Below, piece after piece: positions 1 to 11,570 of a stretch of DNA of 64,000 nt. The translations under genes were made by a program, and so were the position numbers. Source of the DNA: Octopus vulgaris (Eukaryota); contig OX597823.1 of assembly GCA_951406725.2 (NCBI GenBank), positions 42,036,001 through 42,100,000 of the forward strand, given 5' to 3'. How positions within the stretch are numbered: the first letter of the stretch is position 1; every line of letters starts with the position of its first letter. A model generated the notes under the pieces. It saw only the letters and a program-made list of their open reading frames with translations. It ran no database searches and was not told the origin of the DNA.

Positions 1-33
<33 letters not shown>

Positions 34-51
34 ATTATCATCATTATTATA

Positions 52-96
<45 letters not shown>

Positions 97-120
97 ATTA
101 TTATTATTATTATTATTATT
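1..120. repeat. (ATT)n microsatellite abutting the 3' end of the R4/Dong-like element
   Basis: Near-pure ATT repeat read directly. Confidence 0.97.
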
Positions 121-500
121 ATCATTCAGTAGTCTTATTTTTATCATGTGCTTTTACTGTACTGTCCAGCACAGAACTGTGTGTTTTGGGTATGTGCTAT
201 AGTTTGTTGTGGTGCTCTTATCTTCATTGTATTGAAAGTGCTTTATGTAGGATGTGTGTGGTGCCTAGTAGTGCAATTTTCTATATGCTATATACATTCA
301 TAAGTTCTGGCGTATTTGTCTGAATGTTTCTTAACCATACCTAATGCACCAATTATTATAGGGATTGTTTCTGCTTTTAAGCCACGCATTCGAGTTACCT
401 CTATTTCCAGATCTTAGTATTTTGAGACTTTTTCCATTTCTTTTAGAGGTACATTGTCATCTGTTGGTATTGATACATTGATTAGAAGGCATTTTTTTGT
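121..500 (-). mobile_element. 3' fragment of an R4/Dong-like (restriction-like endonuclease) non-LTR retrotransposon, degenerate
   Basis: Manual minus-strand translation KKCLLINVSIPTDDNVPLKEMEKVSKY*DLEIEVTRMRGLKAETIPIIIGALGMVKK, then after a frameshift I*KIALLGTTHILHK; matches the RLE C-terminus pattern of the R4/Dong clade; runs into (AAT)n. Confidence 0.8.
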
Positions 501-629
501 TGGTGATTATTTGTTATATTGCACGTTCGGATGATCTCTGCTCAACTCTCTCTGTCTAGATTTCTCCCTCTATATCTATGTATTGGGCGAGCCTACTTCA
601 TTGTTTTGGGGCACCGACACAACATTATT

Positions 630-661
<32 letters not shown>

Positions 662-680
662 TATTATTATTATTATTATT

Positions 681-851
681 GGCCTCCGTGCCGGTGGCAC
701 ATAAAAAGGCACCCACTACACTCTCGGAGTGGTTGGCGTTAGGAAGGGCATCCAACCGTAGAAACATTGCCAAATCAGACTGGGCCTGGTGCAGTTGAAC
801 CGTCCAACCCATACTAGCATGGAAAGCAGATACTAAACGATGATGATGATG

Positions 852-852
<1 letters not shown>
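681..852 (+). mobile_element. Short 3'-terminal fragment of the RTE family found at 2571-4139
   Basis: Reverse complement of the 2571-2760 region, ending in (GAT)n. Confidence 0.85.
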
Positions 853-898
<46 letters not shown>

Positions 899-1169
899 TT
901 AACCAGTATTATCATACCTTTCCTCTTCCTTCACTGTCTACTTGGCCACACCAGCATGCACATAGTCACTGTGACCATTATTATATCATTTCTTCAATTT
1001 TCACTTTTCTCTAAGATTTATTGCTGCTTCTTTTAGCAATTTACGAGTGACCACCATTTATAAATGTGTCGCTGTGATTATCTTATCCAGAAACCATTTT
1101 CCCTGCTCCATTGTCATTTATATTCACAAAGTGCTTGATTGTAATGTATGGAACCTTTGTCATTTACTG

Positions 1170-1530
1170 ATGCCAATTGTGTCTGCGGCTGAAATGTGAG
1201 AATTCAGATGGTCGAATGTTGGGTAATGACTGAAAGAATACGGTTGTGGATAGAAAGAGCTGAAATGGGGGTTCCTCCAAAGGAACTCTGCTGTAACATT
1301 ATTTGACTGGGTGCATGAAGTAGGAATCAGGGGGGGGTCTCCAAAGGTTGAACTACTACTTCTCCACATTGAGGAGTCACCGCTCCAGTACTACAAACAT
1401 GTGATTAAAATGCCACAGGAAATAATCACAAGAGGGATTCTTTAAATGGTGCCAATGAGCAGGAGATCTAGAGGTAGACCAAGAACAAAATGGTTAGATA
1501 ATATTCATAGTCTCAGTTGCTAACACTTAG
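1170..1530 (+). mobile_element. Old degenerate RTE-clade LINE ORF 3' fragment (different family)
   Basis: Pieces translate as WVMTERIRLWIERAEMG..., KVELLLLHIEES..., RRSRGRPRTKWLDNI, the usual RTE C-terminal motifs, with stops and frameshifts. Confidence 0.7.
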
Positions 1531-1557
1531 GAATCCAACCACATAGACTAATGATGG

Positions 1558-1810
1558 TTATGCGGAACCATGTGGTTTAGTGGTTAGGGTGCTGCATGCA
1601 TGATTGTAAGATTGTGGTTCCGATTCCTAGACCAGATGACACATCGTGTTCTTGACCAAAATACTTTCATGCTGCTCCAGTCCATTAAGCTGGCAGAAAT
1701 AAGTAATCCTGCGATGGACTGGTGTCCTGTTCAGGTGGGGAATACATACGCCATGAAACTAGGAAACTGGCCTTTATGAGTTGATATGACTTGAGAATGT
1801 AACCTTATCT
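1558..1810 (+). mobile_element. tRNA-derived SINE, V-domain-like family; related copies near 11760-11950, 13520-13820, 36030-36270 and 41100-41405 (all minus)
   Basis: A-box-like TGGTTTAGTGGTTAGG and B-box GGTTCCGATTCC, then GTGTTCTTGACCAAAATACTT...GCTCCAGTCCA shared between copies. Confidence 0.75.
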
Positions 1811-2570
1811 TTACTTTAATGATGGATGCTTCTGGTAGGACCATATGATAGAGGTTCCTGTGGACTCTATCCTTATGTCATTGAATAGTTGAATTCCTGG
1901 AAATCATGCTGCAATGTGGAGTATTGACACATGAGACCTCCTTTACAATTGACTTTCATAGAAGTCAAAGAGAAAAGTCAGTGGAAAGATCAGAATGGCC
2001 TGCCAGCAACAATATATTTTCTTTGATCTCTTTGGTTATTTTCTTTCTCTTATTTGAAAAGGGGAATCTTTCCCAAAATATAGGACCATTTAACAATCTA
2101 TGTAGGGCAATACAATATCCTTCCTCATTGTTTACATATATTGCAAAATATTGAGCAAATTACAATGGAAGGAATCTCCATGTGATCACAAACCCATTCA
2201 TATGACACAAAGTCGCTTTTCTACAACTAGATTATACACACACATATAAATTATAATAATCAAGGATAAAATCTATATAGGATTTTATCAGGTATCTAGC
2301 ATGTAAAACATTTTGGGTATAAATTAATGTAGAGTATATAATTTTTTATAAAAAACTATAAGGACAAATTACATGGTAGTGACACATGCTAGAAGAAGAT
2401 GTCAAATGATTCAAAACCTACTTTATTTCTCATATAGAAACAGGCTGAAAGCAAGGAAAATTAGCAAAGAACATTTTTTTAAGGTAGTTTAACTATAGAT
2501 CAATTGATGTCCAGTTCTGTATAAATATGTGTGTATGTATGTATGTATGTACATATATATATATATATAT

Positions 2571-4139
2571 CATCATCATCATCATCGTCGTTTAACGTCC
2601 GTTCTCCATGCTAGCATGGGTTGGACGGTTCGACCGGGGTTCTGGGAAGCCAGAAGGCTGCACCAGCCTCCAGTCTAATCTGGCAATGTTTCTACAGCTG
2701 GATGCCCTTCCTAACGCCAACCACTCCGTGAGTGTAGTGGGTGCTTTTTACGTGCCACCTGCACAGGTGCCAGGCGGGGCTGGCAACGGCCACGGTCAGA
2801 TTGGTGTATTTTATGTGCCACCGGCACGGAAGCCAGTCGAGGCGGTGCTGGCATCGGCCACGAGTCGGATAGTGCTTTTTACGTACCACCAGACCAGGGA
2901 TCCTGGCTGGTTCAATTCGATTTCGATTTCGCTTGCCCCAACATGTCTTCACAAGCAAAGGGGGTTGGCAAGGGTGCCTGTCATACGGTCGCATTGGAGT
3001 ATTTTACGTGCCACGGCCACGAGTCGGATAGTGCTTTTTACGTACCACCAGACCAGGGATCCTGGCTGGTTCAATTCGATTTCGATTTCGCTTGCCCCAA
3101 CATGTCTTCACAAGCAAAGGGGGTTGGCATGGGTGCCTGTCGTACGGTCGCATTGGAGTATTTTACGTGCCACGGCCACGAGTCGGATAGTGCTTTTTAC
3201 GTACCACCAGGCCAGGGATCCTGGCTGGTTCAATTCGGTTTCGATTTCGATTTCGCTTGCCCCAACATGTCTTCGCAAGCATGGGGGGTTGGCATGGGTG
3301 TCTGTCGTCGGATGAGGTTCTATATCGACTTCGCTTGCCTCAACCGGTCTTTGTGTCCAAGGGAGGAAAGGCATTCATAAGTGGGCTGGGCTCACTTGTC
3401 CTGCCTGGTCTTCTCACGTACAGAATATTTCCAAAGGTCTCGGTCTCTGGTCATTTCCTCAGTGAGGCCTAAAGTTCGAAGGTCGTGCTTCACCACCTCG
3501 TCCAAGGTTTTCCTGGGTCTACCTCTTCCACGGGTTCCCTCAACTGCCAGGGATTGGCACTTTCTCACACACCTATCTTCATCCATTCTCGCCACATGAC
3601 CATACCAGCGCAATCGTCTCTCTTGCACACCACAACTGATGCTTCTAAGGTACAACATTTCTCTCAAGGTGCTAATGCTCTGTCGAGTATGTACACTGAC
3701 ATTACACATCCATCGGAGCATACTGGCTTCATTCCTCACGAGCTTACGCATGTCCTCAGCAGTCACGGCCCATGTTTCGCTGCCATGTAGCATGGCTGTT
3801 CGTACACACGCATCATAGAGTCTGCCTTTTACTCTGAGCGAGAGGCCTTTAGTCACCAGCAGAGGTAAGAGCTCCCTAAACTTTGCCCAGGCTATTCTTA
3901 TTCTAGCAGTTACACTTTCAGCGCACCCACCCCCACTACTGACTTGGTCACCTAGATAACGGAAGCTATCAACTACTTCTAGTTTTTCCCCCTGGAAAGT
4001 GACGGAAGTTGTTTTCTGCAGATTTTCGGAGGTTAATGCACCCGAGCATCTGCCACATACAAAAACTATCTTCCCAGTTAGCCTACCTTTGACATTGCTG
4101 CACCTCTTATGTGTCCATAGCTTACACTGGGTACATCGT
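2571..4139 (-). mobile_element. Young 5'-truncated RTE-clade LINE (ORF C-terminus 3392-4138, repeat-bearing 3'UTR, (GAT)n tail)
   Basis: About 248 uninterrupted codons with LEVVDSFRYLG, RIRIAWAKF, MLHGSETW, RRLRWYGHVARM and RGRGRPRKT; tail AACGACGATGATGATG on minus; microsatellite on both sides. Confidence 0.93.
2855..3311. repeat. 159-bp tandem repeat, about 2.9 copies, in the RTE 3'UTR
   Basis: CGGCCACGAGTCGGATAGTGC recurs at 2855, 3014 and 3173; explains the 53-aa repeat in ORF 2608..3315. Confidence 0.95.
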
Positions 4140-4154
4140 ACACACACACACACG

Positions 4155-4206
<52 letters not shown>

Positions 4207-4571
4207 CATATGTATGTATGTATGTATGTATGTATATGGCTTTGACTGCCCTAAGTTGAATGAATATCCTTGATAAGAACAACCGAATAAGAATAATCAT
4301 CTCCTATGGCTGAAGGATACAATAACAGAAATGCTGAAACTACAACAAGGATAAAAAAGAAAATGGGTGCATATTTTTTGTATACATTCCAGCTTTGAGA
4401 ACCACGTTTGATTTCTGGAGAATTTACTTCCTAGTGAAGAACTGCTTAATTCATTTGGTGATGTACAATTGGATTTTATTGGGTTGAACTGTCAGACAGA
4501 TAATATTTTCTTTGTAATATTAACTAACATATTTTTAATGGAATAACATGAAAATCTAACTTGATATTATA

Positions 4572-5451
4572 CAGAGAGTGATGAATAAACTGTCGTCTAA
4601 ATTGTGCAAAAATGAAAATAACAATGACATCTCATTTTAACAGATATTTTTACCAAAATTACATAAAAATGTCTTGAAATACTAAAGAGTAAATTTATTC
4701 AATAAAATCGCTTCAATCACGGCCTCCAGATGACTTTGGAATTTCCTGCAACTCTTCTGGATGGTCTCCTTGTTTAAGTTGGTGAATGCTACTATAATCC
4801 TTACCTTCAGTTCATCTTTGGTGTTACAAGGAAGTTTGTTTGTCTCTTGCTCAACTGCTCCCCACACATAATAATCAAGGGGGTTGCAGTCTGGGGAGTT
4901 AGGTGATCAGATGTTAGGGGTGATTTGGTCGCAGAAATTGTTTGACAGCCATGACTGGGTTCTCCTGCTTGTGTCACATGATGCAGAGTCATGTCGCTCA
5001 ACATAGGATCTTCCAGCAGCCACCCTCTTGACCCAGGGCAGCACTACCTCCTCCAGGCACTTGATGTACGTCTCTGTGTTGAGTCTAAGTCCATGTGGGA
5101 AGATGAATGGAGACATAATGTCACCATCACTTGTGATCACTCCAAACACCAGGATATTGATTGGATGTTTGATTTTTATCACTCTCGGTACATGTCCTCA
5201 GATTGCACTTTCCTCAGATTGACACCCAAATACACTGAAATATATGTACTGGAGCTTCTGGAATTAATGCCAAGCAGTATAGTGTGTCATCTCTAAGTTT
5301 CTGGCAGAGTGAATTGCATCATGGTGCTGTTTTTCTCACAGATGGTGCCCAACTGACTCTACTATACTGTGTAGTCAATAATATCAAAGACAAACCATAC
5401 ACACGTGCAAAACTGAAAATATGAAATATGACAATTTGCCATCACATTCTG
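4572..5451 (-). mobile_element. Internally deleted maT-type (DD37D) Tc1/mariner transposon
   Basis: Transposase C-terminal half ILVFGVITSDG...HDSASCD...*SPNSPDCNPLDYYVWG with 37 residues between the 2nd and 3rd Asp; imperfect TIRs CAGAGAGTGATGAATAAACTGTC / CAGAATGTGATGGCAAATTGTC; TA on both flanks. Confidence 0.85.
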
Positions 5452-5505
5452 TATATATGCACGTGTGTGTGTGTATAAATATATGTATATGTATATAAAC
5501 GTGTG

Positions 5506-5574
<69 letters not shown>

Positions 5575-5580
5575 TATACA

Positions 5581-5790
5581 GACCGTCATGTTGAATCGTT
5601 AGCTCCTGCACTCATTTTTTTTCTCTCCGTGTTTCTCTCCGTGTTTCTTTTCTGTGTATCTTTCTGTTGAAGAGCGTAGGCTCGAAACATAAAAGACTTA
5701 TTTTACTTCTATTCCTGAGCGCCATACTAATACAATTGTTTGTTTGTACTCCACCTGCCTTTGTCTTTTATTTATTTTCATAAAGCTTCG
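5581..5790 (+). mobile_element. Probable Penelope-like pseudo-LTR remnant with a hammerhead-like motif (5659-5696)
   Basis: TCTTT-CTGTTGA-A-GAGC-GTAG-GCTC-GAAAC-ATA-AAAGA, lying between TA microsatellites. Confidence 0.5.
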
Positions 5791-5817
5791 TGTTATATAT
5801 ATATACATATATGTACA

Positions 5818-5865
<48 letters not shown>

Positions 5866-5892
5866 TGTACGTGTGTGTATATATATATATAC

Positions 5893-5929
<37 letters not shown>

Positions 5930-5935
5930 TATATA

Positions 5936-6370
5936 CAAGAGTGGCAGTGTGGTAAGAAGCTTTCTTCCCATCCACATGATTCTGGGTTCAGTTCCACTGC
6001 ATAGCATACTTCCCAACCACATGGTTTCAGGTTCAGTCCTACTGCGTAGCACCTTGGGCAAGTATCTTCTACTATAGCCTCGTGCTCACCAAAGCCTTGT
6101 GAGTGGATTTGGTAGATGGAAACTGAATGAAGCCCATTGTATATATATATGTATATGTTTGTGTGTCTGTGTTTGTCCCCACCATCATCACTTGACAACT
6201 GATGTTGGTGTGTTTACATCCCCGTAACTTAGCAGTTCAGCAAAAGAGACCTATAGGATAAGTACTAGGCTTACAAAGAATATGTCCTGGGGTTGACATG
6301 TTCGACTAAAGGCGATGCTCCAGCATGGCCACAGTCAAATATCTGAAACATAAAAAAGAATAAGAGAATA
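5936..6370 (+). mobile_element. tRNA-derived CORE-like SINE (octopus OR-like), near full length, with a duplicated B-box segment
   Basis: GTGGCAGTGTGGTAAG...GGTTCAGT...CACCTTGGGCAAGT, internal (TA)(TG) tract, 3' GCTCCAGCATGGCCACAGTCAAAT; same family as 26590-27003. Confidence 0.85.
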
Positions 6371-7509
6371 CATATATAGAAATAAATATACATATATATA
6401 CACTCACTTATATAGTAGATACTTATAATAGTAAATACAGATCAAAGCTGGCTGAAGCAAATTGTTGTATGCAAATGGTTCTATAGACCTTGCTAAGCAG
6501 GTGGAACATTTTACCTGATACTTGAGTAAGGAAGGTTACTTAGTGCATGTTCCTTTGGTGTCCTTGTCCTCTAATGAAACTATTGATTCTCTGAGTCTGC
6601 AGCTGCTTTTCTCTTTTCTCTGAGTTGCATGAAGCATGGAATTTTTTTGATCTTTATCATCAATACACTCTTCTGAGACAAAGAATAGGAAGAGGTGGGC
6701 ACGAGAGAAAGGAGTGATTTTGATAGTTTACCAGAAGAATATTAAAGCTTAAGGAAGAGATTTGAAAACGAAACTACATTTCTTGTGGGTTTTTTTTTAT
6801 CTTAATACTTTGATCATGTTATCATTATCATTGCCATCATTGTTATATCATTGTCATATCATCACCCTTACCACCACCATTATCCGTTATCATTATCATA
6901 ACCATCATCCATCATCATCATCATTGTCATCGTACTCATCATCACCATAAATGACAGAGGTCCATGTATCTGTAGATAATCCTTATCCATACAATTTACC
7001 TATTTATATTTGTTATCCAAATATAAATGTTATTGTTTATCCTGTCTGTTGTCAGAATTATACTTATTATTATTATTGTTGTTATGTCATCATCTTCATC
7101 ATCATCTTCATCACCATCACCATTTTCTTTTATCTTTAATCCACATTATTATCAGGACTAGTTATTTTTATCTTTCCTTCATAATTGCTATCAGCACCAT
7201 TTCATTCTCATCATTGGCATCATCTTCCTCATTGTTGTTATCATTATTAATTATCTCATCATTCTTATCATCTGTCTCTGTATTAATTAATTCCTTACAT
7301 CATCAAAATGGTCATTCAAAATGTTCGTCTTTGTATCGTTCTTTGATCCCTGCTGCCAACTCCATTCCCTCACCAATATCTGATTGTTATCATCTTTGTC
7401 ATCATCACCACCAGTATTATCATCGAGGTCATCGTCATTGCTGTCATCATCACTATCGTTGTTGTCTTCATCATTAATATCATAGCAAACATCCACATCA
7501 TCATCATCA

Positions 7510-7655
7510 CACCCATCCACCAACACCAGCATCACTCAGCATCACTGCCACTACCACCACCACCACCACCTCCACCGCCACCACCACCGCCACCACCACC
7601 ATCATCATCATAATCATTGACCTCACCATTTTTGTGGTCCTCGTTTCTTTCATTG

Positions 7656-7708
<53 letters not shown>

Positions 7709-7870
7709 GTCATCATCATCATCGTCATCATCATCATCGTCATCATCATCACAACCATACACCAACACCAACATCCCTCAGCATCACTGCCACTGCCACC
7801 ACCACCACCACCATCATGATCATAATCATTGACATTGCCATTGTTGTGGTCATCGTTTCTTTCATTGTCG

Positions 7871-7911
<41 letters not shown>

Positions 7912-7920
7912 TTCATCACC
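7510..7920. repeat. Tandem duplication of a compound (CAC)n/(CAT)n unit, about 240 bp spacing
   Basis: CACCAACACCA.CATC.CTCAGCATCACTGCCACT and CATAATCATTGAC...TTGTGGTC.TCGTTTCTTTCATTGTC each occur twice. Confidence 0.85.
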
Positions 7921-8134
7921 ACCTTTGTCTAATTCCCATCATGTTTTACATGTACACATGTACACAGCTGTCTGTCTCTCTCCATGCCATGTGTCTTAGA
8001 CAATCCATCTCCTGCCTGCCACTGCCACCCACTTCAATTAGCTCTCAACTGATATCTCTAGGTGAGGGTTTACAACTCTGACAATTTACTTTTCCACTTG
8101 CTCCTTCTGCCTTTATCATGTATTGTTTAAAATA

Positions 8135-8135
8135 A

Positions 8136-8167
<32 letters not shown>

Positions 8168-8403
8168 AATTATTGTATACAGTGCTCAGGTGCACCACAA
8201 CTTGTCAGAAAGTGCATATAAAGTACATGCAGTAATGTAGAAATGTCTGGAAAGTGAACATGCTTGTGTGTGTATGGAGGGGAGAAAATCAAGTGTAGTG
8301 TTGGCGAATCTCAGGAAGCATGGAAGTCTTGAAGGATGCAGTGCTCCAACAACTAACAACCGATGCCGGCAGTTTGTTCCACGCTTCAGCAACTCTCAGC
8401 GTG
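8135..8403 (-). mobile_element. CR1-like LINE 3' end with (ATT)n tail
   Basis: Minus translation TLRVAEAWNKLPASVVSCWSTASFKTSM matches the CR1/L2-group WNxLP...FK C-terminus. Confidence 0.78.
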
Positions 8404-8729
8404 TGCTTGTTCATTAGAACCTGCTACAAGTACACCATAATCATCATAATCATCATCATCATCATCTTGTTGTTGTTGTCATCTCTTCTACCATCACTGT
8501 TTATATTGCTTTTAGCTGCTACAATTTACTTATCGTTATTGCCCTTTTTAATCACTCCAATCCACAACTTCATCAGCATTAAAGAACACTCTTCCAACAC
8601 TTTCACCTTATTTGTTCCAGCCTCATCAGTACCGTACTAATTAGTAATACAAACACTACACCAAATGCTATGAACCATCATTGTATCAACCACATTAGCT
8701 TGCTTTTTCTATCTTCTTTCAATCTATTC

Positions 8730-9077
8730 CTCTTTCTTTTTTCTTTCTTTCTTTCTTTCTTTCTTTCTTTGCTTCCTTCCTTTTTCCTTCTTTCTTTCCT
8801 TCTTTCTTTCCCGTTTTCTTCCTTTCCTTCCTCTTTTCTTCCTTTCTTTCTTTCTTTCTTTCCATCTTTCTTCCTTTCCTTCTTTCTTTCTTTCTTCCTT
8901 TCCGTCTTTCTTCCTTTTCCCCCTTTTTCTTTCTTTCTTTCTCCCTTCTTTCCTTTCTTTCTTTCCTTCCTTCCTTCCTTCTTTCCTTCCTTTCTTTCTT
9001 ATTTATTTATTCCTTCCTTCCTTTCTTTCTTCCTTCTTTCTTTCTTTCTTTCTTCCTTCCTTCCTTTCTTTCTTTCT
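8730..9077. repeat. (CTTT)/(CTTC) polypyrimidine tract
   Basis: About 350 bp almost purely C/T. Confidence 0.95.
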
Positions 9078-10009
9078 AGCTACTACTTTTTCAGAGAAAC
9101 CTTTGCAATATTTGTTTGTCCTAAACAGATTGTTGTATTTCCATTTCCACTGCTCCCTATGTAAACAGGCTTCACTCCATTTTCCTCTTTCAAACCTTCA
9201 AAGTCAACAAAAAAGTTGTCAGAGAAGTCATTGCTGAAAGCCAAGTTATCGTCCTTCATATCAGTATTTGACATGGAAAAATCAAGTACGATGGCCTTAT
9301 ATAGACTGTACTTATCTTGCATCTCCTAGATGAAAAGTTTCTTACCAAACAGATCTATCAAACCGATTTCTCTTTAATTCTATTCCCCCAATTCTAGAGT
9401 AAATCTGTGTTTTTTTATTTTATTTTAATGCCTTCTGCAATCTCTATTTTGACATTAACAACTTTCTGGTATTGACATCATCATCATCATCATCACCATC
9501 CCCACCACCATCGCCACCATCACCACCATCATTACCATCACCACCACCACCACCCTTGTCATCATCATCATCATCAAAAGTCATCACCACCACCACCACC
9601 ACCACCTTCATTGTCATTATTATAATGTTCACTTTCCTTTACTTGAATGGGTTGAGTGGATTTTATTGAAGCAAATTTTCTACAGCCGGATTCCCATCTT
9701 GTTGCCAACACTCAACTGTTGCCAAGCATGGTAAAAATATTTCCCCATGGTCATACTCGTATGCACACAGGATGGTGGTATCACTCGTTTACAAGTATCA
9801 CATGATGTCAAGACACGCGCATACTCACACACATATGTCCATGCTGTAGAGTGGTTGGTGTTAGGAAGGACACCCAGCTGTAAAAGCCATGCCAAAACAG
9901 ACTCAGAAGTCTGATGCAGTCTTCTGCCTCACTAGCTCATGTCAAACCACCCAGCCCATGACAGCATAGAAGGCAGATGTCAAATGATGAGGAAGATGAT
10001 ACATACACC

Positions 10010-10430
10010 TATATATGCATGTATATATATATATATATATCTGTCTGCATATATATATATGTATATATATGTATGTATATATGAATATATATGTGTATGT
10101 ATATATATATGTATATATGCATATATATAAGTATATATATATGTGTATGTATATATGTATGTATATATGCATATATATATGTATATATATATGTGTATAT
10201 ATCTATGTATATATATGTATATATACATATATGTATATATATATATATGTATATATATATGTATGTGTGTATATATATATGTGTGTATGCATATATGTAT
10301 GTGTATATATATATATATGTATATGTGTGTGTGTATATGTGTGTGTATATATATATATATATGTATATAATAGTATAAATAATATATATGTATACGTATA
10401 TGTACATACATCTATACATATATATGTATA
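10010..10430. repeat. Compound (TA)n/(TG)n microsatellite; similar blocks at 10720-10927, 21770-22360, 22715-23210, 27950-28100, 32000-32370, 32850-33320, 46310-46670, 49080-49420 and 63845-63950
   Basis: Read directly; source of the Y/I/M/C/V/H/T-rich spurious ORFs. Confidence 0.97.
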
Positions 10431-10788
10431 TGCACATGAGGGCACAGGACGTCATGAAACATGTACAACAAAAAAATATGAAGTACGAGTTCATGGAATA
10501 GGAACTATTTTTTCAAATAAAATATGAAAGACACAAACGGAAAACAAGACAAACAACATAAAGAACGACTTTTCATCAGTTGTTGGCTGTTTTTCTACTT
10601 TCATATTTCAAGCATTTAACAACAATATATGCTTTCAATACAATACAGCTCCTGCAAAGGAAATTAAATAAGATTTGGGATTTTGCAGGGAGGCAAAATT
10701 GGTAACACAAACATGACTGTGATATATGCATATATATGTGCATATGTGTGTGTGTGTGTGTGTGTGTATAGGTATGTATGTATATATA

Positions 10789-10837
<49 letters not shown>

Positions 10838-10896
10838 GTATATATATATATGTATGTATATATATGTGTATATATATGTGCGTGTATATATATTTA

Positions 10897-10927
<31 letters not shown>

Positions 10928-11535
10928 GCCTGGCTTCTTTCAGTTGATATCTGTCAAATCCATTTACAAAACTTTGGTTAGCTTGGAGCTATAGTAGAAG
11001 GCATTTGCTCAACGTGCCACATGATGGGACTGAACCTGAAACCACATGGTTCATAAATAAATGCAGCCATGTTGATGCTGGTTGTGTTAGTAGTAGATGA
11101 TGATGATGATGATATATTCTATCTAATTATTAAAAAAAACACGTATCTGAAACCTTTATTTTTCCATGAATGCATATAACCTTAGAAGCTCTAATGATTT
11201 TTGAGATCAATCACCTATTTAGTATTTAACTCTTTAGCATACAGATGATTCAGTCAAATGAAATGCTTATTTATTCACAGTGTTTTGAATTAATCATATA
11301 TTATTTTGTAGCTTGAAGATTGTGATGATGTGATTGCTTATTTTTAGAATGAGTAGATGTGAGAGGTTGGATCTGGTCAATTTGAACATTGGATTGAGGG
11401 AATATCTTGACTAGATGTGGCTGTGTTAAATGCTAAAGGGTTAAAATTTGTATCACAAAGTCTAAGTTTTATACAAGATCAATTCTTCTCTCTACCATGA
11501 TGCATGCACACACAAATATGCACTCATGCATACTT

Positions 11536-11570
<35 letters not shown>

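Noticed and set aside
2855-3311. CRISPR-like array
   Set aside because: Units repeat over their whole length with no unique spacers, no cas genes, eukaryotic context
2608-3315. 235-aa ORF with 53-aa repeats as a protein gene
   Set aside because: Antisense to the RTE 3'UTR; periodicity comes from the 159-bp DNA repeat
4140-4300. N-terminal part of the 302-aa ORF 3392..4300 as a chimeric gene
   Set aside because: It is read-through of stop-free (TG)/(TA) microsatellite into a truncated LINE; no evidence for a real start
6762-7920. His/Ser/Asp/Met-rich ORFs
   Set aside because: Translations of degenerate (CAT)n/(CAC)n microsatellites
8670-9164. Hydrophobic F/L/S ORF as a membrane protein or a + strand exon after the pyrimidine tract
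   Set aside because: CTTT repeat translation; frames after TTTTCAG show no Sushi pattern or recognisable domain
9939-10994. Many Y/I/C/V/H/T-rich ORFs here and in similar blocks
   Set aside because: Dinucleotide microsatellite artefacts in all six frames
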